A DNA stretch of 64,000 nt. It comes from a virus. The stretch lies in IMG/VR virus record IMGVR_UViG_3300029850_000008; one strand, given 5' to 3'. Made by a program: the position numbers and the translations under genes. The notes beneath the pieces are model-generated. The model was not told the DNA's origin. It searched no databases and worked only from the letters and a program-made list of their open reading frames with translations. Positions 9,999-17,276 of the stretch are shown here, in pieces. Within the stretch, counting starts at the first letter, position 1. Every line of letters begins with the position of its first letter.

Positions 9999-11753
9999 AT
10001 GAGTAATATATACCAGTTAAGAGAACTACTTAGAACACAGACAATTTATGATTTGCCGTTACGAGTTGCATACTATGCAAGAGTCAGCACAGATCATGAT
10101 GAACAGAAAACATCAATCAAGAACCAGGATGATTATTTTAAGGAATTGATAAAATCAAAGCCGAACTGGAAATTTATGGGAGGCTATATTGATGAGGGGA
10201 TTTCTGGAATTGCCGTAAAAAATCGTGAAGATTTTTTGAGGATGATTGATGATGCTAAGAATGGAAAGATTGATTTGATACTGACAAAAGAAATTTCCAG
10301 ATTCGCTAGGAATACACTAGATAGCATCAAATACACCCGTGAACTTTTGGCATGTGGTGTATGTGTATGGTTTATGAATGATGGAATCAATACGATTGAT
10401 GAAGACAGTGAGTTAAGATTGACTATTATGGCAGCTATGGCACAGGACGAAATCAGAAAGATGTCTTCCAGGATTAAATTCGGTCAGGCTCAGTCAATAA
10501 AAAATGGCGTAGTAATGGGAAATTCAAGATTGTATGGTTATGACAAAAAAGATGGAAAACTGACAATCAATGAAGCTGAAGCCGAAATGGTTCGATTCAT
10601 TTTTGAAAGTTATGCATCTGGCAAATGGACAACACCACAGATTGAACGATACCTATATGAAAAAGGGTACAGAAACTATAATGGAGGTAAAATCAACCGT
10701 GGAGTTATCAAAAATATCATAAAGAATCCAAAGTACAAAGGTTATTATGCTGGTGGAAAAGTAAAAGTTATTGATATGTTTACAAAAAAACAGATGTTTC
10801 TTCCAAAAGACCAATGGGTTTATTACAAGGATGATGGATCAACGGTTCCGCAAATCATAGATGAAAAGACTTGGGAAGATGCAAATTATTATATGAAGAG
10901 CCGTGGTGACAATATAAGAAGTCACAGAACGGTGTTTAAGTATGGTAATGTGTTTACTGGAAAGGTAATTTGTGGGATAGATGGTGCTTCGTATTGGCTA
11001 CGTGAACACAAGATACGTGGAAAAGAAAGTGATCCAAGATGGGTCTGTAGTCATAAAATCAAAAATGGAGCAAATTCTTGTCTATCGGTTCCTGTCAGAG
11101 AAAGCGACTTGAAACAAATGGTTGCATCAGCAATCAGTCAAGCAGCTGGAAACTCTAAAGATGTTATTGATTCATATATGAATTATTACTTAAAAGCCAT
11201 TGATGATTCAAAAGAAAAAGAGGGAGAAATAGCAGTTTTAAGAAAAAATATTGAATCCACAAAATTGAAGATGGAGAAAATCCTGGATTACAATTTGAAC
11301 GGATCAATATCTGATGATGAATTCTTAAAAAGAAACGCTGCGTATAAAAAAGAGATTGAAAACGCAGAAGAGAAAATTCTAAAATTGTCTAAAAAACCGG
11401 AAGAGCCGGATTCTATTGCAAGGAAAATCGAACAGATAAGGGAATACTTGGCGAACACAGAAATTGTTTCTGCTGATGACATAACTAAACAAATTGTCGA
11501 AAAATTAATTGAAAAGATAATTATATTACCAGAAGAGGAAAATGGTATAAAAGTCATCAAGTCAGAAATATACCTTATAAATAAGGAACTGTATAAGTTT
11601 TGTAAGGATATGGGGACAAAAAATAGTTGTTCAGATAACGTAACTTTGATCATGTTCCCTAAACAACGCATGGAAATTACTAATGAAAATGCGCATTGTG
11701 TGAACCAGTATAAAAGATTTTCAATAGAATTTTCTCTCTTTGTAAGATTTTAA
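9999..11753 (+). CDS. large serine recombinase (integrase)
   Basis: Resolvase catalytic N-terminus YARVSTDHDEQKTSIKNQ, 584 aa with Cys cluster and long coiled-coil tail. Confidence 0.9.
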   Translation: MSNIYQLRELLRTQTIYDLPLRVAYYARVSTDHDEQKTSIKNQDDYFKELIKSKPNWKFMGGYIDEGISGIAVKNREDFLRMIDDAKNGKIDLILTKEISRFARNTLDSIKYTRELLACGVCVWFMNDGINTIDEDSELRLTIMAAMAQDEIRKMSSRIKFGQAQSIKNGVVMGNSRLYGYDKKDGKLTINEAEAEMVRFIFESYASGKWTTPQIERYLYEKGYRNYNGGKINRGVIKNIIKNPKYKGYYAGGKVKVIDMFTKKQMFLPKDQWVYYKDDGSTVPQIIDEKTWEDANYYMKSRGDNIRSHRTVFKYGNVFTGKVICGIDGASYWLREHKIRGKESDPRWVCSHKIKNGANSCLSVPVRESDLKQMVASAISQAAGNSKDVIDSYMNYYLKAIDDSKEKEGEIAVLRKNIESTKLKMEKILDYNLNGSISDDEFLKRNAAYKKEIENAEEKILKLSKKPEEPDSIARKIEQIREYLANTEIVSADDITKQIVEKLIEKIIILPEEENGIKVIKSEIYLINKELYKFCKDMGTKNSCSDNVTLIMFPKQRMEITNENAHCVNQYKRFSIEFSLFVRF

Positions 11754-11916
11754 ACTAACAAAAGATGAAAAAAGGGCAGAACCTACCAAATAAAATTGCC
11801 ACGGTGAAGAACAAGTTCATCGTGGCTTTGATTATAAGCTATTCTAATGTTTAAGTCAATATTGCAAGAAATAATTGTCTGAATTTTTCAGAATTGTTTT
11901 TTTCGGAATACTAATT

Positions 11917-11980
11917 GGAAATTTTTTGATACCCCCCCTGGGTCTGGTTTTCTACTGGAAATTCCATTTTCAATCTTCTC
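11917..11980. repeat. 64-bp bipartite direct repeat, copy A
   Basis: GGAAATTTTTTGATACCCCCCCT ... GAAATTCCATTTTCAATCTTCTC; first 23-mer 22/23 identical to copy B. Confidence 0.7.
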
Positions 11981-12040
11981 TAAATTCTCTTCTGAAATTC
12001 TAAGAATTTTTTTCAAAAATTTTTTCTCGCCAGACCATTC

Positions 12041-12104
12041 GGAATTTTTTTGATACCCCCCCTACCCTCTATTTTGGAGCCGAAATTTCGATTTTCAATT
12101 TCTC
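12041..12104. repeat. 64-bp bipartite direct repeat, copy B
   Basis: GGAATTTTTTTGATACCCCCCCT ... GAAATTTCGATTTTCAATTTCTC; 124 bp downstream of copy A. Confidence 0.7.
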
Positions 12105-12305
12105 GAAAAACGCTTCAAAAATCCCAGGCAGATTTTGTTCAGATCCAATGGCAGACCTCACCAGAGCGATTTTGACGGCTTTTGTGGCTGGAGTATATGA
12201 AAGTCCTGCTGAAAACCTGGAAACGCCTAAATGGGGCTATAAACGTGCCTATTAATTAGATTACATCGTACCACAAATAAACTCAATATACAAGTGTAAA
12301 CACAA

Positions 12306-12332
12306 ATAGAGGGGCGTTATTATCCCCTCTAT
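12306..12332 (-). terminator. intrinsic terminator of the minus-strand micro-gene operon
   Basis: 9-bp stem ATAGAGGGG/CCCCTCTAT directly after stop at 12332-12334, followed on the minus strand by UUUGUGUUU. Confidence 0.65.
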
Positions 12333-12532
12333 TATTCATAAAAGCCCCATGCTTTGTATTGCTTTTTCAATACTTCCAAAGCAGAATTTTTACTGAGAAA
12401 CTCAGCTCTAGCCGTTTCTCTTGTATATTTCTTGGCACTATACCAGGCGAAACCATTGATCACATACCAGGAATCCCCGTGATCATCGGTTTCCAGCTCA
12501 ATACTATAAACCATCTTTTTCTTACGTGGCAT
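12332..12532 (-). CDS. hypothetical micro-protein (66 aa)
   Basis: Track ORF; SD AAGGAGG 8 nt before ATG. Confidence 0.55.
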   Translation of the reverse strand: MPRKKKMVYSIELETDDHGDSWYVINGFAWYSAKKYTRETARAEFLSKNSALEVLKKQYKAWGFYE

Positions 12533-12568
12533 GGCTTGACCTCCTTATTCTTTTTTTCTGGATATGCT

Positions 12569-12758
12569 AAAAAATCCCGGATATACCGCCGGGGCGGTGC
12601 CCTGTTATGGCCTTGGACATCGGCTACAGTGCTGGCTTTTTCGGCTCCCAGTCAACGCCGCTTTTGCCTCCCTTCGCGATCCGGGCATTAAAAGCGGATA
12701 AAGCCCGGAGAGAAACCCAGCGGCGGACTGAACCGCCCACGGCTTAACCGTCACAGGG
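12569..12758 (-). ncRNA. candidate structured RNA (~190 nt, GC-rich, pseudoknotted), class unknown
   Basis: Closing helix 12600-05/12753-58, three hairpins, interleaved helices 12681-86/12703-08 and 12658-65/12690-97, U6 at the 3' end. Confidence 0.4.
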
Positions 12759-12764
12759 TAGGTT

Positions 12765-12827
12765 TTATAAGAGGCTCAAGCTATAACCTCCGATAAATGA
12801 CAAAACGGCAATAAGAACGTAATACAT
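12765..12827 (-). CDS. 20-codon hydrophobic mini-ORF (MYYVLIAVLSFIGGYSLSLL)
   Basis: Strong SD AAAGGAGGG 6 nt before ATG at 12827-12825; TAA at 12767-12765. Confidence 0.3.
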   Translation of the reverse strand: MYYVLIAVLSFIGGYSLSLL

Positions 12828-12842
12828 ATGTTTCCCTCCTTT

Positions 12843-13103
12843 CTATGCTTGGCAGAAATCGCCCTGCCAGCCTGTTACTAGGATCATTTTCCCGTCATCC
12901 CGGCGGTAAACAACGCCGCAGCCGTCCGCCCATGTGCTCCATACAAGCCAACCTGGACGGCCTACAGTTTCCTTTTTTCTGGAATCGTACCAGATAAAGG
13001 ACGGCTTAATACCTTCTTTTTCTTGATCCAGAGCGTTCTGGATCGCTTGATCTTCCGTGATAATCTGGTTATGATCCTTAAAATGCAAGATATATTTTCT
13101 CAT
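12843..13103 (-). CDS. hypothetical micro-protein (86 aa)
   Basis: Track ORF; SD GGAGGAAAA upstream. Confidence 0.55.
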   Translation of the reverse strand: MRKYILHFKDHNQIITEDQAIQNALDQEKEGIKPSFIWYDSRKKETVGRPGWLVWSTWADGCGVVYRRDDGKMILVTGWQGDFCQA

Positions 13104-13138
13104 GTGTTTTCCTCCATTTTTTTTGATTTTTATAAAAA

Positions 13139-13178
13139 CGCCGCCCGTGGGAATCGAACCAACGAAACTCCAAACGGC
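13139..13178 (-). other. tRNA-like acceptor/T-arm minihelix followed by U run
   Basis: Minus strand GCCGUUU-GGAGUUUC-GUUGG-UUCGAUU-CCCAC-GGGCGGC-G then UUUUU; starts right after a stop codon. Confidence 0.3.
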
Positions 13179-13328
13179 TTAATATTCGATGAATACAAAC
13201 TCTTCATCGGTTTCCAGTTCTGCAACCCGGTTTCCAAGTGTGATAAGCATAAAACCGGCCTTTCTGTAATCCTTGATAAGGCTTTCAAAATGCTCCTTAC
13301 TTGCTGCGGTGATTTTATATTTTCTCAT
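13179..13328 (-). CDS. hypothetical micro-protein (49 aa)
   Basis: SD AAAGGAAC then ATG 13328; the longer track ORF 13179..13448 would run through the ribozyme. Confidence 0.45.
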   Translation of the reverse strand: MRKYKITAASKEHFESLIKDYRKAGFMLITLGNRVAELETDEEFVFIEY

Positions 13329-13341
13329 ATTGTTCCTTTCT

Positions 13342-13404
13342 CGCCTGTCATCATCAGCGCAACGGGGCGGATCGTTGCGGACGCCCTGGAGGGCGTTTCG
13401 ACTA
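13342..13404 (-). ncRNA. hammerhead ribozyme, type II (copy A)
   Basis: UAGUC GAAAC GCCC-UCCA-GGGC GUC^CGCAACG-loop-CGUUGCG CUGAUGA U GAC; predicted cut after C at 13380. Confidence 0.75.
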
Positions 13405-13662
13405 TTTAAGCAGCTTTTCAAATGCTTTTCTCTTTTTGTAATTTTCAACTTGACTTATACTGGAGTCATCAAAAAGGATCTGGAAACCATCAGAAGCAAG
13501 TGCTGCGGCCATTGTGTACGGGTCAATCTTTGGGAACCTGCAAAGGTATTCGACCACGTTCATTCTTATGTTTTTATCATTTTTCGTTCCGATCTTTTCA
13601 AGGTCTCTTTTGTAAACATTAAAAATTCTTTCCTGTTTCTCTTTCACGGTTTCTTTTATCAT
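13402..13662 (-). CDS. hypothetical micro-protein (86 aa)
   Basis: Track ORF; SD AAAGGA upstream; stop TAG overlaps the 5' end of hammerhead A. Confidence 0.55.
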   Translation of the reverse strand: MIKETVKEKQERIFNVYKRDLEKIGTKNDKNIRMNVVEYLCRFPKIDPYTMAAALASDGFQILFDDSSISQVENYKKRKAFEKLLK

Positions 13663-13683
13663 ATATTTTACGTCCTTTCTTTT

Positions 13684-13747
13684 TGCCCTGTCTCATCGGT
13701 GCAGGTGGGGCAGTTCCTACAGACCGCCGGGCGGCGGTTTCGACTAA
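13684..13747 (-). ncRNA. hammerhead ribozyme, type II (copy B, U4C core variant)
   Basis: UUAGUC GAAAC CGCC-GCCC-GGCG GUC^UGUAGG-loop-CCUGCA CCGAUGA GAC; predicted cut after C at 13722. Confidence 0.7.
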
Positions 13748-13975
13748 TTAGCATTCTCGGTGTATGCAACCAGTGTAAACAGTGTTTGTGGTTCCCTCGC
13801 AGCCGTTCAACCACTTTTTGCAGTGGTAGCAGATGCTATTGTAACGGTTGTATTCTGTAGCTTTTCCATATTCCTCGCACTCTTTGCGATATGGACAAGT
13901 GGTGCAGTCCTTTTTGTATTTATGGCAATTTCTTTTTAGCAGTTTTTCCAGCTCTAAAAATCTTTCTTTTGTCAT
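13748..13975 (-). CDS. Cys-rich hypothetical micro-protein (75 aa)
   Basis: Track ORF; 11 Cys including CTTCPYRKEC and CYHC; SD AAAGGAG upstream. Confidence 0.55.
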   Translation of the reverse strand: MTKERFLELEKLLKRNCHKYKKDCTTCPYRKECEEYGKATEYNRYNSICYHCKKWLNGCEGTTNTVYTGCIHREC

Positions 13976-14012
13976 GTTTTCTATCTCCTTTTAGGTTTTC
14001 ATCTCTTTGTTA

Positions 14013-14106
14013 TGTACACAATTATATAATGTTACGTACACAATATCAATGTGCATTTTACACAAAGTTACGCACACATTTTTATATATTTTTGATGTGT
14101 ACACAA
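14013..14106. promoter_or_regulatory. divergent promoter region with five GTACACAA-type repeats
   Basis: TGTACACAA 14013, CGTACACAA 14035, TTTACACAA 14057, CGCACACAT 14071, TGTACACAA 14098; TATAAT at 14120-14125. Confidence 0.45.
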
Positions 14107-14155
14107 CATTGAAACTATGTTATAATTTCCGCATAATGGAAGGGGGGGCCTTTTT

Positions 14156-14338
14156 ATGGCGATGTCAGAAGAACGAAAAAATTATCTGTATTCTTACAAA
14201 AAACAAAGGCTAAAGCGTGTCCCGCTGGATATGCAAATAGCGGACTATGAAGCGCTAAAAGCAGCAGCAGATCAAGCCGGGCAAACTGTCAACGGCTTTA
14301 TTAAACAAGCCATAGCCGAAAAACTGGAGCGGATGTAG
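14156..14338 (+). CDS. ribbon-helix-helix (Arc/CopG-like) protein
   Basis: 60 aa; KRVPLDMQIADYEALKAAADQAGQTVNGFIKQAI fits a beta-alpha-alpha RHH pattern. Confidence 0.65.
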   Translation: MAMSEERKNYLYSYKKQRLKRVPLDMQIADYEALKAAADQAGQTVNGFIKQAIAEKLERM

Positions 14339-14382
14339 TAGGAGAGAGGGGAATAACCCCCTCTTTTTCTATTTCCCGGCAT

Positions 14383-14586
14383 TTAACACATACTTCCGCA
14401 GATCCCGTCTTTTGGCGCTGGTTCGTCTAACCAGTGATTAAACGCTTCCGGGTTCCGGCGTTCGATCTCGTCCATGATCCAGCCCCTAACCGTTGAAAGA
14501 TTCGGGTTCCGCTCTGCGGTGCTGGTCGCCTCCCAGATGTCCAGGAGCTGACAGAGTGACATAGTTTTCAAGTCTTTTTTCTTCAT
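14383..14586 (-). CDS. hypothetical protein (67 aa)
   Basis: SD GGAAAGGAAG then ATG 14586 inside track ORF 14383..14691. Confidence 0.5.
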   Translation of the reverse strand: MKKKDLKTMSLCQLLDIWEATSTAERNPNLSTVRGWIMDEIERRNPEAFNHWLDEPAPKDGICGSMC

Positions 14587-14605
14587 GTTTATGTTCTTCC
14601 TTTCC

Positions 14606-14842
14606 TTAGAATTCGATTTTCCCATTTGATAAGCATTTGCAGGCGTATGAAAAACCTGCAATGAATGCTTTTTCCTGGATATCCCATACATTTTTATTGA
14701 TGGAGCATTCTATTTCCTCTGCTAATTCCTCTTTGAGAATTTCATGGATTTTTGCAACTGCTTTGTCATAATCTCCCCAACTAAGGTTCCCGGCTTCTTC
14801 CTCGAACCACTTTTTGTAAATCATTTTTGCGAATTCTTCCAT
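14606..14842 (-). CDS. hypothetical protein (78 aa)
   Basis: SD AAGGAG then ATG 14842 inside track ORF 14606..14905. Confidence 0.5.
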   Translation of the reverse strand: MEEFAKMIYKKWFEEEAGNLSWGDYDKAVAKIHEILKEELAEEIECSINKNVWDIQEKAFIAGFSYACKCLSNGKIEF

Positions 14843-14989
14843 GTTTAACTCCTTTCTTAAAACAAATGTTTTACTATGGTTTAATAATACACTATAGTAA
14901 AACAAATGTCAACATTATAACAAAACATTTTAAACTATATTGAATAATTATATTTGTTATGGTATTATATAGAATATAGGAGGGGAAAA

Positions 14990-15202
14990 ATGGAGAATAT
15001 AAGAAATGAAATTAAATCATATATAGCAAAAAGCGGTATGACATTAACGGAAATAATAGCTAAATACAACGAGACGCATGACACACCAACAACAACACAA
15101 AACATTTCTAATAAGTTGACCAGAGGAACTATAAAATATAGTGAATGTTTAGAACTAGCTAAAATCATGGGGTATGTTATTAAATGGGAAAAAGAAAATT
15201 GA
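14990..15202 (+). CDS. small helix-turn-helix regulator
   Basis: SD AGGAGGGG then ATG 14990; SGMTLTEIIAKYN ... ISNKLTRGT HTH-like segment. Confidence 0.55.
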   Translation: MENIRNEIKSYIAKSGMTLTEIIAKYNETHDTPTTTQNISNKLTRGTIKYSECLELAKIMGYVIKWEKEN

Positions 15203-15314
15203 TTTCATATTCTGCTAAATAAGTCATGTAATTTTGCTATTTAATCGCCCCTTTTAGTATGAATTTTCCCACATTTGTGATATAATAAAATCAAAAATGA
15301 TGGGAGGATTTTTT

Positions 15315-16268
15315 ATGGTTGCGTTTATTGGTTTTTTGATGCTTTTAACACTAATTGGAATGCTGATTGGTGGATCATGGCTAATAATGGCGTTATTGCT
15401 AAGAGGGAAAAAGAAAAAAGCGTTGAAAATTTTTTGTGCTTCTTTTCTTGGCCTTATACTGCTGCTTTTAATATATGAAAAGGCGGTTCCAGAAAGCGCA
15501 AAAGCTGAGGCAAAGGCTAGTATTGAGGCAGAAAATACAGTTGAAGAAACCACCGTAGAATATACAGAAGAGGGAACCACAACAGAAGCACCGACAGAGT
15601 CAGAACCAGAAACAACTACGGAGGAAGCCACAGAAACGCAAACGGAGACGGAGCCACCAACAGAACCAAGCACAGAAGAGGCTACAACAAGTGCATATTC
15701 TGAAGATCAGTTGATGGAAACCTTGAAAACAAATCTTCCAGAAGATGTTGCAGAAAAAGCGTATGATATTATTGTAAATCAGATTGGATTTACTGGAATT
15801 GAATATAAAGGTAAAAATTCAATGGGAACCGATAACTATGATTTTTCGGCAGATCATTATAATTTTACTTTGACCGCAAGCGATGATGTTTATAGAATCT
15901 TCCAGCCTGGTGGAGCAAATTTTTATGTTGATGGAGAAGTAAAAATAAAATTAACTGATATCATAGATCAATATGATGCAGTGCCATATATGCAGATTGC
16001 AGAAGAAATAGTTAATCAAAATTTAAAGAACCCAAGATCCGCAAAATTTCCGTCTATTGTCACCCATTCAAGCGATATTACAATGATGAAAAAAGACGAT
16101 ATTGTAGCAGTACAGAGCTATGTAGATGCCACAAATTCATATGGGGCAAAAGTCAGAACGCAATGGACTGTAGAATTTAAAGTACTAGATTTAGCGAATT
16201 ATAAATATCAAACAATTTATATAAAAATTGGGGATAGTTCAACAGGAATTTTTATTGATCTAAATTAA
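15315..16268 (+). CDS. membrane-anchored protein with Thr/Glu-rich linker
   Basis: SD GGGAGGA then ATG 15315; two N-terminal hydrophobic helices, TE-rich low-complexity linker, beta-rich C-domain. Confidence 0.6.
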   Translation: MVAFIGFLMLLTLIGMLIGGSWLIMALLLRGKKKKALKIFCASFLGLILLLLIYEKAVPESAKAEAKASIEAENTVEETTVEYTEEGTTTEAPTESEPETTTEEATETQTETEPPTEPSTEEATTSAYSEDQLMETLKTNLPEDVAEKAYDIIVNQIGFTGIEYKGKNSMGTDNYDFSADHYNFTLTASDDVYRIFQPGGANFYVDGEVKIKLTDIIDQYDAVPYMQIAEEIVNQNLKNPRSAKFPSIVTHSSDITMMKKDDIVAVQSYVDATNSYGAKVRTQWTVEFKVLDLANYKYQTIYIKIGDSSTGIFIDLN

Positions 16269-16286
16269 ATAGAATTTATTTTTTAT

Positions 16287-16345
16287 GCACTGAAGATAAG
16301 AAATGCCAATAAATGATTGTATGGCGCTTATTTTCAGTGCTTTTT
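16287..16345 (+). terminator. intrinsic terminator
   Basis: 14-bp stem GCACTGAAGATAAG/CTTATTTTCAGTGC followed by TTTTT. Confidence 0.6.
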
Positions 16346-16448
16346 ATTTTTGGGGGAGGTGAGGCCGAAAAACAATTTTTTACTTCCGACAACCTACGCA
16401 AGATAAGAAGTTAATAGAAAAATACTATAAGACTATGGAGGTTGTACC

Positions 16449-17246
16449 ATGAACGATTTAATGATTTTTGAAGGTCACAATGTAGAGGTTTTTGAACTGA
16501 ACGGACAAGTGTTATTTAACCCGTACCACGTGGGAGAATGTTTGGAATTGAATAGTGATGCAGTGAGAAAGGCAATGTCCAGAATGAATGACAAGCAGGC
16601 TATCAAGATCAAAAATTCGGATGTGACTAATAGTCACATCCGAAAACTGAACAATGCTGGAGAGAATTTTCTCACTGAAAGCGGCGTGTATAAGCTGGTA
16701 TTTAAAAGCCGTAAACCAGAGGCAGAGAGATTTTCCGATTGGGTGACAGACGAGGTGCTGCCAACGATTCGCAAAACTGGTGGGTATGTAAATAACGATG
16801 ATCTTTTTATTTCCACCTATTTACCATACGCAGACGATACTACTAAAATGTTATTTGCTCAGACGTTGAAAACAGTCAGAGAACAGAATGAAACCATTGT
16901 GCGGCAGAAAACCGAAATCATTCACAAAGAAAACGTTATTATCGGACTAGTTGAAAATATCGACCTAGCAACCAAGCGCCAGCGTATAACCCAGATTGTG
17001 CGCTATGGAGCAGGCGGGAACTATAAGGAAAGATATAATTTATTATACGGAGAATTTGAAAGAAAATACCACTGCAACTTGAAAATGAGAATGGAAAATT
17101 CCACGATCAAGCCAAAGGTGAAAAATAAAATGGATTATATAGATAGGGAACTTGGAATGATTCCACAGTTATATGAAATTGCTTGTAAACTTTTTGAAAA
17201 TGATGTAGAAAAGTTAAAGGCTGAATGGGAGAGTATTGTGGCATAA
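16449..17246 (+). CDS. Bro-N domain antirepressor-like protein
   Basis: N-terminal MIFEGHNVEVFELNGQVLFNPYHVGECL ... FSDWVTDEVLPTIRKTGGY Bro-N pattern. Confidence 0.8.
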   Translation: MNDLMIFEGHNVEVFELNGQVLFNPYHVGECLELNSDAVRKAMSRMNDKQAIKIKNSDVTNSHIRKLNNAGENFLTESGVYKLVFKSRKPEAERFSDWVTDEVLPTIRKTGGYVNNDDLFISTYLPYADDTTKMLFAQTLKTVREQNETIVRQKTEIIHKENVIIGLVENIDLATKRQRITQIVRYGAGGNYKERYNLLYGEFERKYHCNLKMRMENSTIKPKVKNKMDYIDRELGMIPQLYEIACKLFENDVEKLKAEWESIVA

Positions 17247-17276
17247 AGAGGGAGGGCTTTAAGCCCTCCTGTTTTA

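Noticed and set aside
13139-13178. Bona fide tRNA gene or tRNA fragment on the minus strand
   Set aside because: Only acceptor-like and T-arm-like parts exist, the T stem has a mismatch, and there is no D arm or anticodon arm. It is kept only as a tRNA-like element.
12359-13860. Plus-strand track ORFs 12359..12691, 13023..13409, 13273..13860 and 13422..13622
   Set aside because: They are antisense shadows of the SD-led minus-strand micro-genes. They lack SDs and run straight through the hammerheads and GC hairpins.
15254-15673. Minus-strand ORF of 139 aa rich in Ser/Val
   Set aside because: It is the antisense reading of the Thr/Glu-rich low-complexity linker of 15315..16268 and has no SD.
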